A stretch of 30,351 nt of DNA from a virus (taxonomy: Duplodnaviria; Heunggongvirae; Uroviricota; Caudoviricetes). The translations under genes and the position numbers were made by a program. The stretch lies in IMG/VR virus record IMGVR_UViG_2663763000_000012; one strand, given 5' to 3'. The first letter of the stretch is position 1. Each line of letters opens with the position of its first letter. Below are positions 8,903 through 18,090 of the stretch, piece after piece. The notes below the pieces were generated by a model. It was not told the origin of the DNA. It searched no databases and saw only the letters and a program-made list of their open reading frames with translations.

Positions 8903-10185
8903 TATTTAGCCCTCACCAGAAAGTTAAATGCAATATTTCGCGGTCTGACAGCAACAAAATTCACACCATCACCCACAGAGTTACTGGTGAAATTAAATCG
9001 TGAAAATCCTGGCTGATTTCCGGCGATGCCATCATGAAAGTTAATTGCGTGTCCCGCACCTCCGCCTATATTCCCGGCAAACTGAGAAAAGTTTGTAGCT
9101 TCCTGCCAGCTTAATAATTCGCGACCACCATCGGCACCTCGCCCGTCATCCCAGATACGAATGAAATCACCGCGGGCTTCAGGTAATACCAGTGAAGGAA
9201 ACACTTTCGCCAGCACAGGGTAATCAGAGGCAGAAAATTTCGCCCCGTTGAACTTCAAAAACACCATACTGGACCAGCTGTCGATTACAGTATTTGGCAT
9301 TGCAGCGGACGGCCAGAAGAACGGAACGCCAATAGCTGGAGCACCTTCTCCCAAACCAAGGTATGCGAGAAGACCAGCTACATCCTTTCCACTCAAATGA
9401 GTCAGCGTCTCATCCAGTGGCTGCTTACCTGACAGCGCATTGTTAATGGTGGTACTGAATTTCGGGTCATTGTTGATAGCTGCGGCAATTTCTTTCAGTG
9501 TGTCCAGCGTGTCAGGGGCACCGTTAATCAGAGCGGTAATAGCGGCCTGTACAAACGCAGTGGTCGCAATCCGCGTGGTGTTATTTCCTGCGGCAGGCGT
9601 CGGCGCTTTTGGTTCTCCGGTAAATGTCGGATTATGTTTCTGTGCATACTGGGTATGAGGATCCTGTGCGGCAATATGGTTTCTCATCTGGTCATCCACA
9701 TACAGCCTTAACTCCAGGACTTCATCATCCACGTATTTACGGGTCGCCAGTACCACCGACGGGTCGATTTTCAGCGTGATGGCTTCGGTATTCGTGACAA
9801 CCAGAATCATGCGGATAGTCTGGGTACGACCACTGCCTTCCTGCAACTGCGGTTTGTACGTTTCCGGGCAGTTCGCCACCGCAATGAGTACGCCTTCATC
9901 ATCATAAAGCCCAATCTCACGGATCCAGAATCCGCCCTCGTTCTCAGGGATGATTTGCTCCGCAATAATCTGGCTCTGGTTGTTCGGGTCAACACTCAGA
10001 AGATTCAGCGGCGCGATGCGTTTCTGGTTAATAAGTTTTGTCTGTGCCGGGTCTGGTGTCGGCAAGACACCATTTGCATCACCAACGGCCATTTGCGTCA
10101 GATTCAGCTTACTGCCGAGCATCGTCGCGTTAGCCAGCCGTGCCGCGCCCTGATTAGTCAGAATGGCGTAGTATTTCACTGTCAT
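8902..10185 (-). CDS. H: Tail fibre protein H (constant N-terminus fused to the currently selected variable C-terminus)
   Basis: 427 aa; N-terminus MTVKYYAILTNQGAARLANA...MAVGDANG resembles the conserved P2 H / Mu S N-terminal region; start overlaps the I stop (ATGA). The crossover site lies inside the coding sequence at about codon 265. Confidence 0.85.
   Translation of the reverse strand: MTVKYYAILTNQGAARLANATMLGSKLNLTQMAVGDANGVLPTPDPAQTKLINQKRIAPLNLLSVDPNNQSQIIAEQIIPENEGGFWIREIGLYDDEGVLIAVANCPETYKPQLQEGSGRTQTIRMILVVTNTEAITLKIDPSVVLATRKYVDDEVLELRLYVDDQMRNHIAAQDPHTQYAQKHNPTFTGEPKAPTPAAGNNTTRIATTAFVQAAITALINGAPDTLDTLKEIAAAINNDPKFSTTINNALSGKQPLDETLTHLSGKDVAGLLAYLGLGEGAPAIGVPFFWPSAAMPNTVIDSWSSMVFLKFNGAKFSASDYPVLAKVFPSLVLPEARGDFIRIWDDGRGADGGRELLSWQEATNFSQFAGNIGGGAGHAINFHDGIAGNQPGFSRFNFTSNSVGDGVNFVAVRPRNIAFNFLVRAK
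9345..9370. other. Right crossover site (gix/cix-like), inside tail fibre gene H
   Basis: Minus-strand sequence TTCTCGCATACCTTGGTTTGGGAGAA; inverted relative to the left site; half-sites TTCTCGCATACC and TTCTCCCAAACC show dyad symmetry. Confidence 0.55.
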
Positions 10186-10793
10186 GCGTTTACTCTCAGG
10201 TTATCAATTAAATGAATGGCCGAGGCCGGGAAATAATCCCCTCCGACAATAATGGCCTCCGGGGTGTAGGGATAAACCATCAGGGCGTCGCCGTGATAGC
10301 ATCCCGCACCGGCAAAAATGTTGCCGGTTGTACTTAAACTGATAGCCAGTCCCGTCAGATGGCGGCTTGCAGGTTTTGCATCAGCAACGAGACGCTCCAG
10401 CTCCTGATACATTTCCTCGGTAATACCCTGCTCAAGCACGCCAACAACGATGCGGAACGTCCCCGGCTCCTCGTTGAGCTGCCACCACTCCCTCACCTCA
10501 ATCAGATAGCCGAGCGGCTCCACCACACGGCGAATCGCACCAATAGTGCCCTTATGGCAGTGAATGAAATACGCATCGCGGATAACAGCGCGTTTTGTCG
10601 CTTCCGGCCACTTATCATCCCAGCGGTCAACCGAAAATGACCACGCCAGCCACGGCAGCAGATTTGCCGGACAGGTATCCGGGTTCCATAGCTCACGAAT
10701 ACTGACCGGCGTTTTTTCAATTTCCGCACAGGCTTTTGCGGCGGCGACTTCAAGCGGTGATGAGCCGGTCGGCAGCAGTCGCGAATCACTCAT
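10182..10793 (-). CDS. I: Baseplate assembly protein I
   Basis: 203 aa ORF between J and H, in the position of P2 gpI; ATG start overlapping the J stop. Confidence 0.85.
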   Translation of the reverse strand: MSDSRLLPTGSSPLEVAAAKACAEIEKTPVSIRELWNPDTCPANLLPWLAWSFSVDRWDDKWPEATKRAVIRDAYFIHCHKGTIGAIRRVVEPLGYLIEVREWWQLNEEPGTFRIVVGVLEQGITEEMYQELERLVADAKPASRHLTGLAISLSTTGNIFAGAGCYHGDALMVYPYTPEAIIVGGDYFPASAIHLIDNLRVNA

Positions 10794-11694
10794 CCGAGCC
10801 TCCGGTCACGACGCGGTATTCAGTACAGAAAGACGCCTGCGTACTGTTGAGCACGATGTCAGCCAGAGGTGCAGTCAGTTCGACACGCTGCACGCCTTCC
10901 ACATGCAAAGCGGCATAAATGGCAGACAGACGGATGTCGCGCCCAAGCCGGTGCTGTGCCGTGATGTACGCTTCCAGTTTTTTCACGGCAGCAGCGCGGA
11001 TGGGTTCGCTTTCGGGACCTGGGTAAAGGTAAAGCGTGGCGTTTATCTGATATTCAACAATGGCGGCAGACTGCACGGTCACGCGGTCGGCCACCGGCCT
11101 GACGTCCTCGCCATTAAGGGCGTTACGCACCACGGCCAGCAGGTCTTCGGATGCGACGCCGTTATTTTCACGTGACAGCACGGAGATAGTGACGCAGGCC
11201 GGAGACGGACTGGTGACAGAGATATCCGCGACACGCCCGTCAGCACTGCGACCATGATACTGATAGGCTCCCACCGACCCGGCGACGCTTAAGCCCTCAA
11301 ACGCCTGCTGAATACGCAGACGATAATCGGTGTCAGACTCCATCACTGCCGGTGTCGGCGGGATAGTCGAATCATCTGCCGGGGTGATAATCAGGCGCGT
11401 GGTGTTGTAATTGGCACCAATCACATCAAGGTCATTACCGGCGGCACAAGCCAGCATCACCGCCCGTGCGGCCTCATTCACACGCTGACGCCAGATAAGC
11501 TCACGATAAGCATTTTCCTCCAGCAGTTTGACGAGAGGCTCGGATTCCAGCGTCAGGGTACGGGCGACCGCCTCCTGCTGGTCTTCCGGGTAAAGGGAAA
11601 TCAGTGTCGCCTTGCGTTCGGCAAGAATGGTTTCAAAGTCCAGCTCCTCGACCACATCCGGTACGGGTAGCTGGTTCAGGTCGATAATCGGCAT
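10786..11694 (-). CDS. J: Baseplate protein J
   Basis: 302 aa ORF, size and position match P2 gpJ. Confidence 0.9.
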   Translation of the reverse strand: MPIIDLNQLPVPDVVEELDFETILAERKATLISLYPEDQQEAVARTLTLESEPLVKLLEENAYRELIWRQRVNEAARAVMLACAAGNDLDVIGANYNTTRLIITPADDSTIPPTPAVMESDTDYRLRIQQAFEGLSVAGSVGAYQYHGRSADGRVADISVTSPSPACVTISVLSRENNGVASEDLLAVVRNALNGEDVRPVADRVTVQSAAIVEYQINATLYLYPGPESEPIRAAAVKKLEAYITAQHRLGRDIRLSAIYAALHVEGVQRVELTAPLADIVLNSTQASFCTEYRVVTGGSDE

Positions 11695-11698
11695 GGTT

Positions 11699-12046
11699 TC
11701 AACTCACAGGGATGGTTAACGAAAGTGGCTGGCCGGTGTCGTTGTGCTGACCGGTTAACGTGACCGTCATTCGCCCGTCAAAACTGCGCGCCGTGGTGAC
11801 GGATGACAGGGTGACGCGGGGTTCCCATTTCAGCACGGCCATGTAACAGGCGACCTTAATCTGCAACTCAAGCGCCGGGGTCTGCGGCTGGTCAATCATT
11901 GACGCCAGCAACGAGCCGTAATCACGACGCATCACCCGTGAGCCGACCGGTGTGCGCAGGATATCGCCGATACTCTGGCTGATATGCTCAAGGTCAGTGA
12001 CAGTCAGGCCATCACTGCGATTCATTCCGAGATAACGCGCTGTCAT
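11699..12046 (-). CDS. W: Baseplate protein W
   Basis: 115 aa ORF following V, size and position match P2 gpW. Confidence 0.9.
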   Translation of the reverse strand: MTARYLGMNRSDGLTVTDLEHISQSIGDILRTPVGSRVMRRDYGSLLASMIDQPQTPALELQIKVACYMAVLKWEPRVTLSSVTTARSFDGRMTVTLTGQHNDTGQPLSLTIPVS

Positions 12047-12678
12047 AGAGGACTCCCGGTTGTGCCGCCGCTGTCGCCGGGGTGTTTATGGGTATGCAGT
12101 ACCTTACCGTTTGATGAGAGTTCACCGCCGGTGTGTTCAATGTTGCCGCGCATCGTCCCGCCCATCTGCACTTCCAGCGTGCCGGTAATCAGCCTGTTGG
12201 TGCAGACCACCTCCGGGGTGTCCAGGGTGACGCGGGTTGATGCTTTCACCATGACCACCGGCACCGTGGCAGTAACAGAATCAGAAGCCGTCACGCTGGC
12301 CGTTTTAATTCCGCTTACCGTGAGTGCACTGGTTTCAGGTTCATACTCAATCACCGCCCCGTCAGGGAAACGGATATGCAGGGCATCAGCCGACGCAGAC
12401 GGCGCGGGGTTATCGCCGGAATAAATCCCCGGCAGAACGAACGCCGTGTCGAGTTCACCACCCACGGCCAGAATCAGCACCTGTTCCCCCACGGAAGGTG
12501 CCCACCATGTGCGCGAACACCCGGCACGATGGGTCAGCCACTGAAGCCAGTCGGTGCACATGCCGCCGGTCTGCACACGGCAGCGACCGGCGTTAAGGTC
12601 GGTTTCGACGACAAGGCCGGTACGAATCATGTTGCGCAGTGCGCGCGCGAGTTCCTGAATATTTGCGAGAGTGTTCAT
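12043..12678 (-). CDS. V: Baseplate spike/hub protein V
   Basis: 211 aa ORF, first gene of the V-W-J-I-H-G block; size matches P2 gpV. Confidence 0.9.
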   Translation of the reverse strand: MNTLANIQELARALRNMIRTGLVVETDLNAGRCRVQTGGMCTDWLQWLTHRAGCSRTWWAPSVGEQVLILAVGGELDTAFVLPGIYSGDNPAPSASADALHIRFPDGAVIEYEPETSALTVSGIKTASVTASDSVTATVPVVMVKASTRVTLDTPEVVCTNRLITGTLEVQMGGTMRGNIEHTGGELSSNGKVLHTHKHPGDSGGTTGSPL

Positions 12679-12744
12679 AACGGGAAGGATGCCGCCGGGT
12701 CATACCGGCGGCAATGTGACGATGAGGTGTCGGGAATGGCACAA

Positions 12745-13197
12745 CTAACGGTCGAGGTGCGCCAGAATAATCTCTTCAATCATCTGCACATCCTCACCGG
12801 TAAAGCCGAGCAGGGGACGCGCCGGATAATCAATTTTCTTACCGTCTTTCCGGTTTTCTTCCGACAGACCGAACTGATGCACACTGGCGATTTTCGGTGA
12901 CTTTCCGCCGTAAAACTCCATTGATGCCTGTTCCGGGCTGGCGCGGATATGCAAAAAACGACTGGTGATAAGTTTCGCAAACATTTTTCGCTTAACGCGC
13001 CCGGTCTTTTTTCTGGCGCTCTGCTGCTGGCGTGGTGCGTAGGGTGTGCCGTCCGGGGCTTTCTGTGCCATCACCCGGCGCTGCTGACTCTGCCGCAGAC
13101 GTTTCGCCAGTTCGGCACTCAGTCGCCGACGCCCTGACGGTGACAGCGACTCAATCAGTCCGGCCAGCCGGTCTTCAAAACGCTTAAACTCATTCAT
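12745..13197 (-). CDS. S: Tail completion protein S
   Basis: 150 aa ORF downstream of R, overlapping start/stop; size matches P2 gpS. Confidence 0.85.
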   Translation of the reverse strand: MNEFKRFEDRLAGLIESLSPSGRRRLSAELAKRLRQSQQRRVMAQKAPDGTPYAPRQQQSARKKTGRVKRKMFAKLITSRFLHIRASPEQASMEFYGGKSPKIASVHQFGLSEENRKDGKKIDYPARPLLGFTGEDVQMIEEIILAHLDR

Positions 13198-13657
13198 CCC
13201 ACTTGCTCACCAGTTCGCCATTGATATAAAGCTCCATCGGGCGGGTGACCGGCTCCGGCGGCGGGGGTTCCGGGATATTCTTCACATGCAGTGCGCCATC
13301 CACCTCACTGACCAGCGTGCGCTCGGTCAGCATCAGGCTGATGCTGATATCAAAGCTGCTGTCATTGTTGATGTCTGCATAAAACGTGAAGCCCTTTTTC
13401 TGGCCTTCGTCGGTGGTCATGATGTCGGGCTGATTTTCCCGCAGCCACGCCAGCACCGGCACGATGAGCAGGTCAAAATCACCGGTAAAGTCGGTCACAA
13501 TGACATTGAGCGTGTAACGCTTTTCGAATGACAGCGACGTCGCCAGTGTGGAGGCAATACTCCCGTTATCCACGAATATCCGCAGCATCTCGGGGCTGGT
13601 TTTCAGCACCGTGACGGCATCAGTCAGTGCCCTGCGCAGGCTGTCGGGTTTGAGCAT
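13190..13657 (-). CDS. R: Tail completion protein R
   Basis: 155 aa ORF after the lysis cassette; size matches P2 gpR. Confidence 0.85.
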   Translation of the reverse strand: MLKPDSLRRALTDAVTVLKTSPEMLRIFVDNGSIASTLATSLSFEKRYTLNVIVTDFTGDFDLLIVPVLAWLRENQPDIMTTDEGQKKGFTFYADINNDSSFDISISLMLTERTLVSEVDGALHVKNIPEPPPPEPVTRPMELYINGELVSKWDE

Positions 13658-13910
13658 CGTTTTTGTCCTGACAGTGTTTAATCATTTTTACCTGGCTGGC
13701 ACAGCGTGCCAGCGCGTTCTCAAGCTGCCGGATATCGGCACTTAAATCGCCGTTCTTCTGCGGGTCACTGCCCGGCATCGGGCAAAGGCTCACTTTCGGG
13801 CAGGCGTTGGCGACAATCACTGGCGTCAGTGCAGGCGGGGCGCTGGTGCAACCGGCGCACAGCATCAGGCAGGTCAGCACCATACCAGCGGCGAAAATCT
13901 TCGTTTTCAT
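13620..13910 (-). CDS. lysC: LysC, Rz1-like outer-membrane lipoprotein spanin component
   Basis: MKTKIFAAGMVLTCLMLCAGC... has a lipoprotein signal peptide and lipobox (LCAGC); 96 aa; lies in a different frame overlapping the 3' part of lysB. The ORF-track entry 13620-14027 is an upstream extension. Confidence 0.7.
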   Translation of the reverse strand: MKTKIFAAGMVLTCLMLCAGCTSAPPALTPVIVANACPKVSLCPMPGSDPQKNGDLSADIRQLENALARCASQVKMIKHCQDKNDAQTRQPAQGTD

Positions 13911-14190
13911 TAAGTAACCTCGTGATGGTTTTCTCGCGCTGTGCTTCACGCTTCGCGGCGTTCTCCAGTTCCTGACGCAGTGCCACCTGCGCCAGCTCGT
14001 TTTTGTCTGCCCTGGTGAGGGCAACATGAAGCTGATTTTTCAGCATGGTGATGGTCGCCTGCTGTTCACTGGCGACGTTGTTCGCCCTGTCCAGTGAGGC
14101 GCGCAGTCTGGCGTTTTCATGCTTCGCCAGAAACAGCCCCGCCACCGCCAGCGTTAACAACACGACCAGTGCAATCATCAGCTTTGACAT
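13765..14190 (-). CDS. lysB: LysB, Rz-like inner-membrane spanin component
   Basis: N-terminal TM segment MSKLMIALVVLLTLAVAGLF followed by a coiled-coil-like periplasmic domain; ATG at 14188-14190 (the ORF-track start at 14199 is GTG); about 141 aa. Confidence 0.8.
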   Translation of the reverse strand: MSKLMIALVVLLTLAVAGLFLAKHENARLRASLDRANNVASEQQATITMLKNQLHVALTRADKNELAQVALRQELENAAKREAQREKTITRLLNENEDFRRWYGADLPDAVRRLHQRPACTDASDCRQRLPESEPLPDAGQ

Positions 14191-14603
14191 AGTTCCCACC
14201 CCTCAAGACGCTGACGGCAGGCCGTGCGTATCAGCCGGAAAAACAGCGACGCCACGAGATAAATCAGCGCAGTAAAAATCCACCCGGCGGCAACCAGCGA
14301 GATAAACGTCGCCACCATCACTACCAGAGCCGCCGCCCGTCTGCACCACGGCACCGGCTGCAAAAACAGCGACGTGACAATCTTCACGGCCAGCGATTCC
14401 GGCGGCAGCTCCCGCCCGTAGCGTTCCAGTACATACTCAGTGGCATACACGCCGACACCACCGGCAACCACACAGATAGCCGTCGCCAGAATCGCCCAGG
14501 CAGCGACAAAATTGACGGCCCCGCTCTGCGGGTAAATCAGGGACAGTGCCAGCATCAGCGCCAGCGACACGTTCAGCATCAGTGAAAGGGATAATTTCTT
14601 CAT
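14178..14603 (-). CDS. lysA: LysA, membrane protein affecting lysis timing
   Basis: 141 aa, multiple hydrophobic TM segments; sits between K and lysB as in P2. Confidence 0.8.
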   Translation of the reverse strand: MKKLSLSLMLNVSLALMLALSLIYPQSGAVNFVAAWAILATAICVVAGGVGVYATEYVLERYGRELPPESLAVKIVTSLFLQPVPWCRRAAALVVMVATFISLVAAGWIFTALIYLVASLFFRLIRTACRQRLEGWELCQS

Positions 14604-14617
14604 GGTGTTTACTCCGT

Positions 14618-15115
14618 TTAAGCCGGTACGCCGCCAGCGGTACGCCAGACGGTGACCAGTTTTTCCAGTGAATGCTCACGCTGACCGTAACCGGCACCCG
14701 GCAGGGACGCCCAGATATTGCGACAGCGTGAAATGGCGCGCTCAATGCGTCCCGCCCGGATGTCATCCAGTGCACCGCGTTCGCGGATCAACTGAATGGC
14801 AAGTCTGTCCTGTGACAGCGGACTGAAATCCGGCAGGGCAAGCTGTTTGCGGTAATGCGGCCAGAACAGGTAAAGCTGCTGATAGCGACCGGAGGCCGTG
14901 GATTTTTCACCGCGACGGTTAAACACCTTCGCCGGTCGGCCATGCGCGAACGGGTGGTCACTGTAGTCGGTGAAAATTTCCGGCTTCCCGTCCAGTCCGG
15001 TGACTATCACGTCATAGCCACGGTTTTTCGTCAGCGGATGATTCGCCGTCCCTTCGGATACCGCCAGCATGTCGAGAAAGGCGGCGATATTCTGATGCGT
15101 GTTAATTACCGGCAT
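14618..15115 (-). CDS. K: Endolysin K (lysozyme-like murein hydrolase)
   Basis: 165 aa ORF directly after the holin; size and position match P2 gpK. Confidence 0.88.
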   Translation of the reverse strand: MPVINTHQNIAAFLDMLAVSEGTANHPLTKNRGYDVIVTGLDGKPEIFTDYSDHPFAHGRPAKVFNRRGEKSTASGRYQQLYLFWPHYRKQLALPDFSPLSQDRLAIQLIRERGALDDIRAGRIERAISRCRNIWASLPGAGYGQREHSLEKLVTVWRTAGGVPA

Positions 15116-15396
15116 TACGGTTTCCCCCTGCCCTTAAAGCGGCGCTGAATGGCAATCTCAATCACCTGATAACCGGCGATACCCAGCATGGAGCCGATGC
15201 CGCACACCGCAGGCAGTGACAGGTCAGGAAACTGCACCAGAACAACACCGGCAACCATCGAGACAAAACCACCGAGCAACATGCGCCCGATAAACAGACG
15301 CGGGGTGATGGGTTCACCACCGGCAAGCACCTTGCCGACAACAATCAGCACCCCAATCATGAAAAGCGACAGGACGCTTTTTTCTTCTGCTGTCAT
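15115..15396 (-). CDS. Y: Holin Y
   Basis: 93 aa with hydrophobic TM segments and a charged C-terminus; immediately upstream of the endolysin. Confidence 0.85.
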   Translation of the reverse strand: MTAEEKSVLSLFMIGVLIVVGKVLAGGEPITPRLFIGRMLLGGFVSMVAGVVLVQFPDLSLPAVCGIGSMLGIAGYQVIEIAIQRRFKGRGKP

Positions 15397-15399
15397 GCG

Positions 15400-15603
15400 T
15401 TACTCCCACAGATTGACAGTTTCAGCCACGGGCGCGGTCTGAACGTCGGGCAGTTCGACGGCGGTGCCGTGTGGCAGCACCGCACCCAGTTCAGCCAGTC
15501 CCGGATTTGCGGCGAGCACGGTCTCAACCACGCCCTCAGTGCGCCCGTAATACCGGACACAAATGGCGTCGAGCGTGTCGCCCTGTAGCGCAAAGGTCTT
15601 CAT
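15400..15603 (-). CDS. X: Tail protein X (small LysM-like protein)
   Basis: ATG at 15601-15603 gives the 67-aa MKTFALQGDTLDAICVRYYG...; the longer ORF-track version (to 15672) overlaps L. Lies between L and Y. Confidence 0.8.
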   Translation of the reverse strand: MKTFALQGDTLDAICVRYYGRTEGVVETVLAANPGLAELGAVLPHGTAVELPDVQTAPVAETVNLWE

Positions 15604-16112
15604 CAGATTTGACTCACGATGCAGCGCGGTTTGTCCTGGATGCGCGCCACCGCCCAGCGCATATCCCGCCACAGCTCATCAATGGTGCTGTCAATGCTGT
15701 CGGCCTTCTTGTCGCCTTTCGCACTGGCATCCACGCCGCGATAACGCTCATAAAGCGACGCGGTCGCCATCGCACACACGGCGCGCTCGTAGTAAAAAAC
15801 TTTGATGCTTTCACCGTCGATGTCGTCCGCCGGGACGTCCGCCAGACGCGTAAAACCGGCGGCAATTTTCTGTTCGCGGTACTCGTACAGCTCCGCATTC
15901 GTCTCCGCCATGCCTGACTTGATGGCCTCACGCAGACGGGCGGGGGCGACGGTCTGCTCAAGGCGCATACGTTCCCGGACGCGCTTCGGGTCGATATCGG
16001 GAAAAAAGAACGTGTTTTTAATCACCGGCTCGTCGCCTGCCGGTTGCGGGATGACCACCGTACCCTCACCGGACACGGGAGCCTCCTTTCGCGGAATAAT
16101 CAGCGTCATCAT
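15603..16112 (-). CDS. L: Head completion/stabilisation protein L
   Basis: MMTLIIPRKEAPVSGEG... starting at ATG 16110-16112, 169 aa; the upstream extension in the ORF track starts at a non-ATG codon. Confidence 0.85.
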   Translation of the reverse strand: MMTLIIPRKEAPVSGEGTVVIPQPAGDEPVIKNTFFFPDIDPKRVRERMRLEQTVAPARLREAIKSGMAETNAELYEYREQKIAAGFTRLADVPADDIDGESIKVFYYERAVCAMATASLYERYRGVDASAKGDKKADSIDSTIDELWRDMRWAVARIQDKPRCIVSQI

Positions 16113-16211
16113 GACTACCTCTGAAAAGTCGGGCGGTGGACGCCGGTGCAGTGTCAGGTGATTCACCCTCACTGACCGGCGTGCCGCCCTGGCGCGGGGC
16201 GCATTCGGTTG

Positions 16212-16955
16212 TTAACTGGCTTTCTTTTTCGGGCGTCCACGTTTTGCCGGTGTCACGCTCCGGGTCTTACGCGGGGCGCGGGTGGCCGCTTTGGGCTGCG
16301 GCTCCGGCTTCGGTTTCAGCTCCCGCTCCAGTCGTTCAATCTCTTTTTTGACGCCTGCCTGACAGTCGAGCTGTGTCGCACGTTGCAGGTGTGCCAGCGC
16401 CCCTGCGGCATCACCAGCGTCACGCAGAAACAGACCGGTGATTTTGTGCAGCTTTGCGCGCACTTCATCAGGCATGTCAGCCGTGGCGGTCAGTTCAAGG
16501 GTGTCCGTCAGCAGTCGGGTATCCACAGACTCACCGGCAGCGTGGGCACGCATGGCCGCGAGTGCCACCTCCTCGGTGAACATGTACGGCGGGGTGCGGC
16601 GGTGTTTACCCGGCATGGTCAGACCGTACTTCAGGGCATAACGGGCAATCTCCAGCGCACCGGCAATATCGCCGGTATCCAGACGCCACAGCATGACCGT
16701 CATCAGAATGTCATCCTGTGCACCTTTGCCCTGCTCCAGCACGCCGTTCACCCACGGCAACCAGAACGGCAGCAGTTCGCGCTTTTTCGCGGCCTTAAGC
16801 TCTTTTGAATAAATCGCTTTCAGTGTGCGCTGGTCTGCGGCGAGCTTAACCAGCATCTGCTCATAGACAGTTGCATGTCGCAGCGGGGCGGCTTCCCGCT
16901 GCGCGGTCATCGCTGCCGAGACCCGCATCATGTGGCGCTGTGCGGGACTCGTCAT
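16212..16955 (-). CDS. M: Terminase endonuclease (small) subunit M
   Basis: 247 aa with a basic Lys/Arg-rich C-terminal tail; position after N. Confidence 0.88.
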   Translation of the reverse strand: MTSPAQRHMMRVSAAMTAQREAAPLRHATVYEQMLVKLAADQRTLKAIYSKELKAAKKRELLPFWLPWVNGVLEQGKGAQDDILMTVMLWRLDTGDIAGALEIARYALKYGLTMPGKHRRTPPYMFTEEVALAAMRAHAAGESVDTRLLTDTLELTATADMPDEVRAKLHKITGLFLRDAGDAAGALAHLQRATQLDCQAGVKKEIERLERELKPKPEPQPKAATRAPRKTRSVTPAKRGRPKKKAS

Positions 16956-16958
16956 CGG

Positions 16959-18032
16959 TTACGCTCCCGGCTCTGCGGTCGCTTTAGCCGGTGTGGAGAA
17001 ATCACCGACCTTAATTTTTTCCACCAGACAACCGGCGGCGTAGTCCTCCACCACGTAATCAATGTTCATTGACTCGTAGTTCTCCACGCGGTCGAGTTTC
17101 GGGTTTTCCTCAATCACGCGGCGATGGCTGTCATCCATGTAGTAGATGGACAGGTTTTCCAGCTTCGTGATGAGCATCGCATCCGCCGGGAAGTACGGGA
17201 CGCGTACCGCTGGCAGGTTGCCGATGCGTTTCTGGCTGATGATGACGTCAGCGGCCAGCATTTCGCTGTTGTCCTGCTCCTTGTTGACGATGGGAAAATA
17301 CTTGTCCGCCAGTAGCTGACGCCCCACAATCACCACAAGGTCAGGGTCTTCCTGATACCACGGTTCAATCAGGTTGTTGGTCGCATCCATCACCAGTGCA
17401 TCAAGGCTGGCATAATCACCGCCCTTACCCACGCGGATGACCTCAGAGGTGGTGTGCCCTTCCTCGTCAGTGACCTTGCTCATCACGCGCGCCGGGGCTT
17501 CATTGCGGTATTTCTGCAGCCAGCCGACCGCCACATCCTGCAGCATCGGATTGCTGCTGCGGTCAGAGGTTTCGGCACGCTTCACGCCGTTAAAACCGGC
17601 CATGATGAAATCAAGGGACTGGCGTTTGATAATGGCGTTACGGATACGGAGCTGGAAATCCTGATAACGCGCCCACAGGTCCAGCGTTTTGTAGCGGATA
17701 TAAAAATCGAAGTTAATCTGGTCGCATTCGTACTTGTTTGACGCCAGCTTCGAGAAGTCCTTCGGCTGACGCTCGGTGCCACCGGCGGTGTCGGTGGTGC
17801 TGGCGATGGAGCCGGTGACACCAATACCAATTTTTTCCCCTTTCATTTCGCTGACCGGCACAATGTTGATGCGGGTCAGAAAGTCAGAGGACTCCTGCAT
17901 GGTGTTCATCAGGGTCTGGGTGACCGACGGTTCAACGGTGAATTTTTTCGACACATCACCGGCGTCGATGCCGTTCAGTTCGGCAACACGGGACAGGTAG
18001 GCATTAAATTTAAAGCGGGTTTCCTGGCGCAT
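16959..18032 (-). CDS. N: Major capsid protein N
   Basis: 357 aa ORF between O and M; size matches P2 gpN. Confidence 0.9.
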   Translation of the reverse strand: MRQETRFKFNAYLSRVAELNGIDAGDVSKKFTVEPSVTQTLMNTMQESSDFLTRINIVPVSEMKGEKIGIGVTGSIASTTDTAGGTERQPKDFSKLASNKYECDQINFDFYIRYKTLDLWARYQDFQLRIRNAIIKRQSLDFIMAGFNGVKRAETSDRSSNPMLQDVAVGWLQKYRNEAPARVMSKVTDEEGHTTSEVIRVGKGGDYASLDALVMDATNNLIEPWYQEDPDLVVIVGRQLLADKYFPIVNKEQDNSEMLAADVIISQKRIGNLPAVRVPYFPADAMLITKLENLSIYYMDDSHRRVIEENPKLDRVENYESMNIDYVVEDYAAGCLVEKIKVGDFSTPAKATAEPGA

Positions 18033-18090
18033 AGTTTTTCCTGAAATTAAGGGTTAATCGTGAAGGTTTTCCCGGACTGACTGACGCCGG

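Larger units (their letters stand above)
7553..9358. other. Invertible DNA segment (G-segment-like host-range switch), approximate limits at the centres of the two crossover sites
   Basis: Bounded by inverted 26-bp sites; holds two oppositely oriented sets of tail-fibre C-terminus plus chaperone; invertase gene immediately outside the left site. Confidence 0.55.

Noticed and set aside
13620-14027. 135-aa ORF-track entry overlapping lysB
   Set aside because: Only the downstream 96-codon part, starting at the MKTKIF methionine with a lipobox, is credible (lysC); the upstream extension has no start signal and an implausible composition.
14437-14775. 112-aa minus-strand ORF overlapping the K and lysA genes
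   Set aside because: An alternate frame within two well-supported lysis genes; Arg/Cys-rich translation; no independent support.
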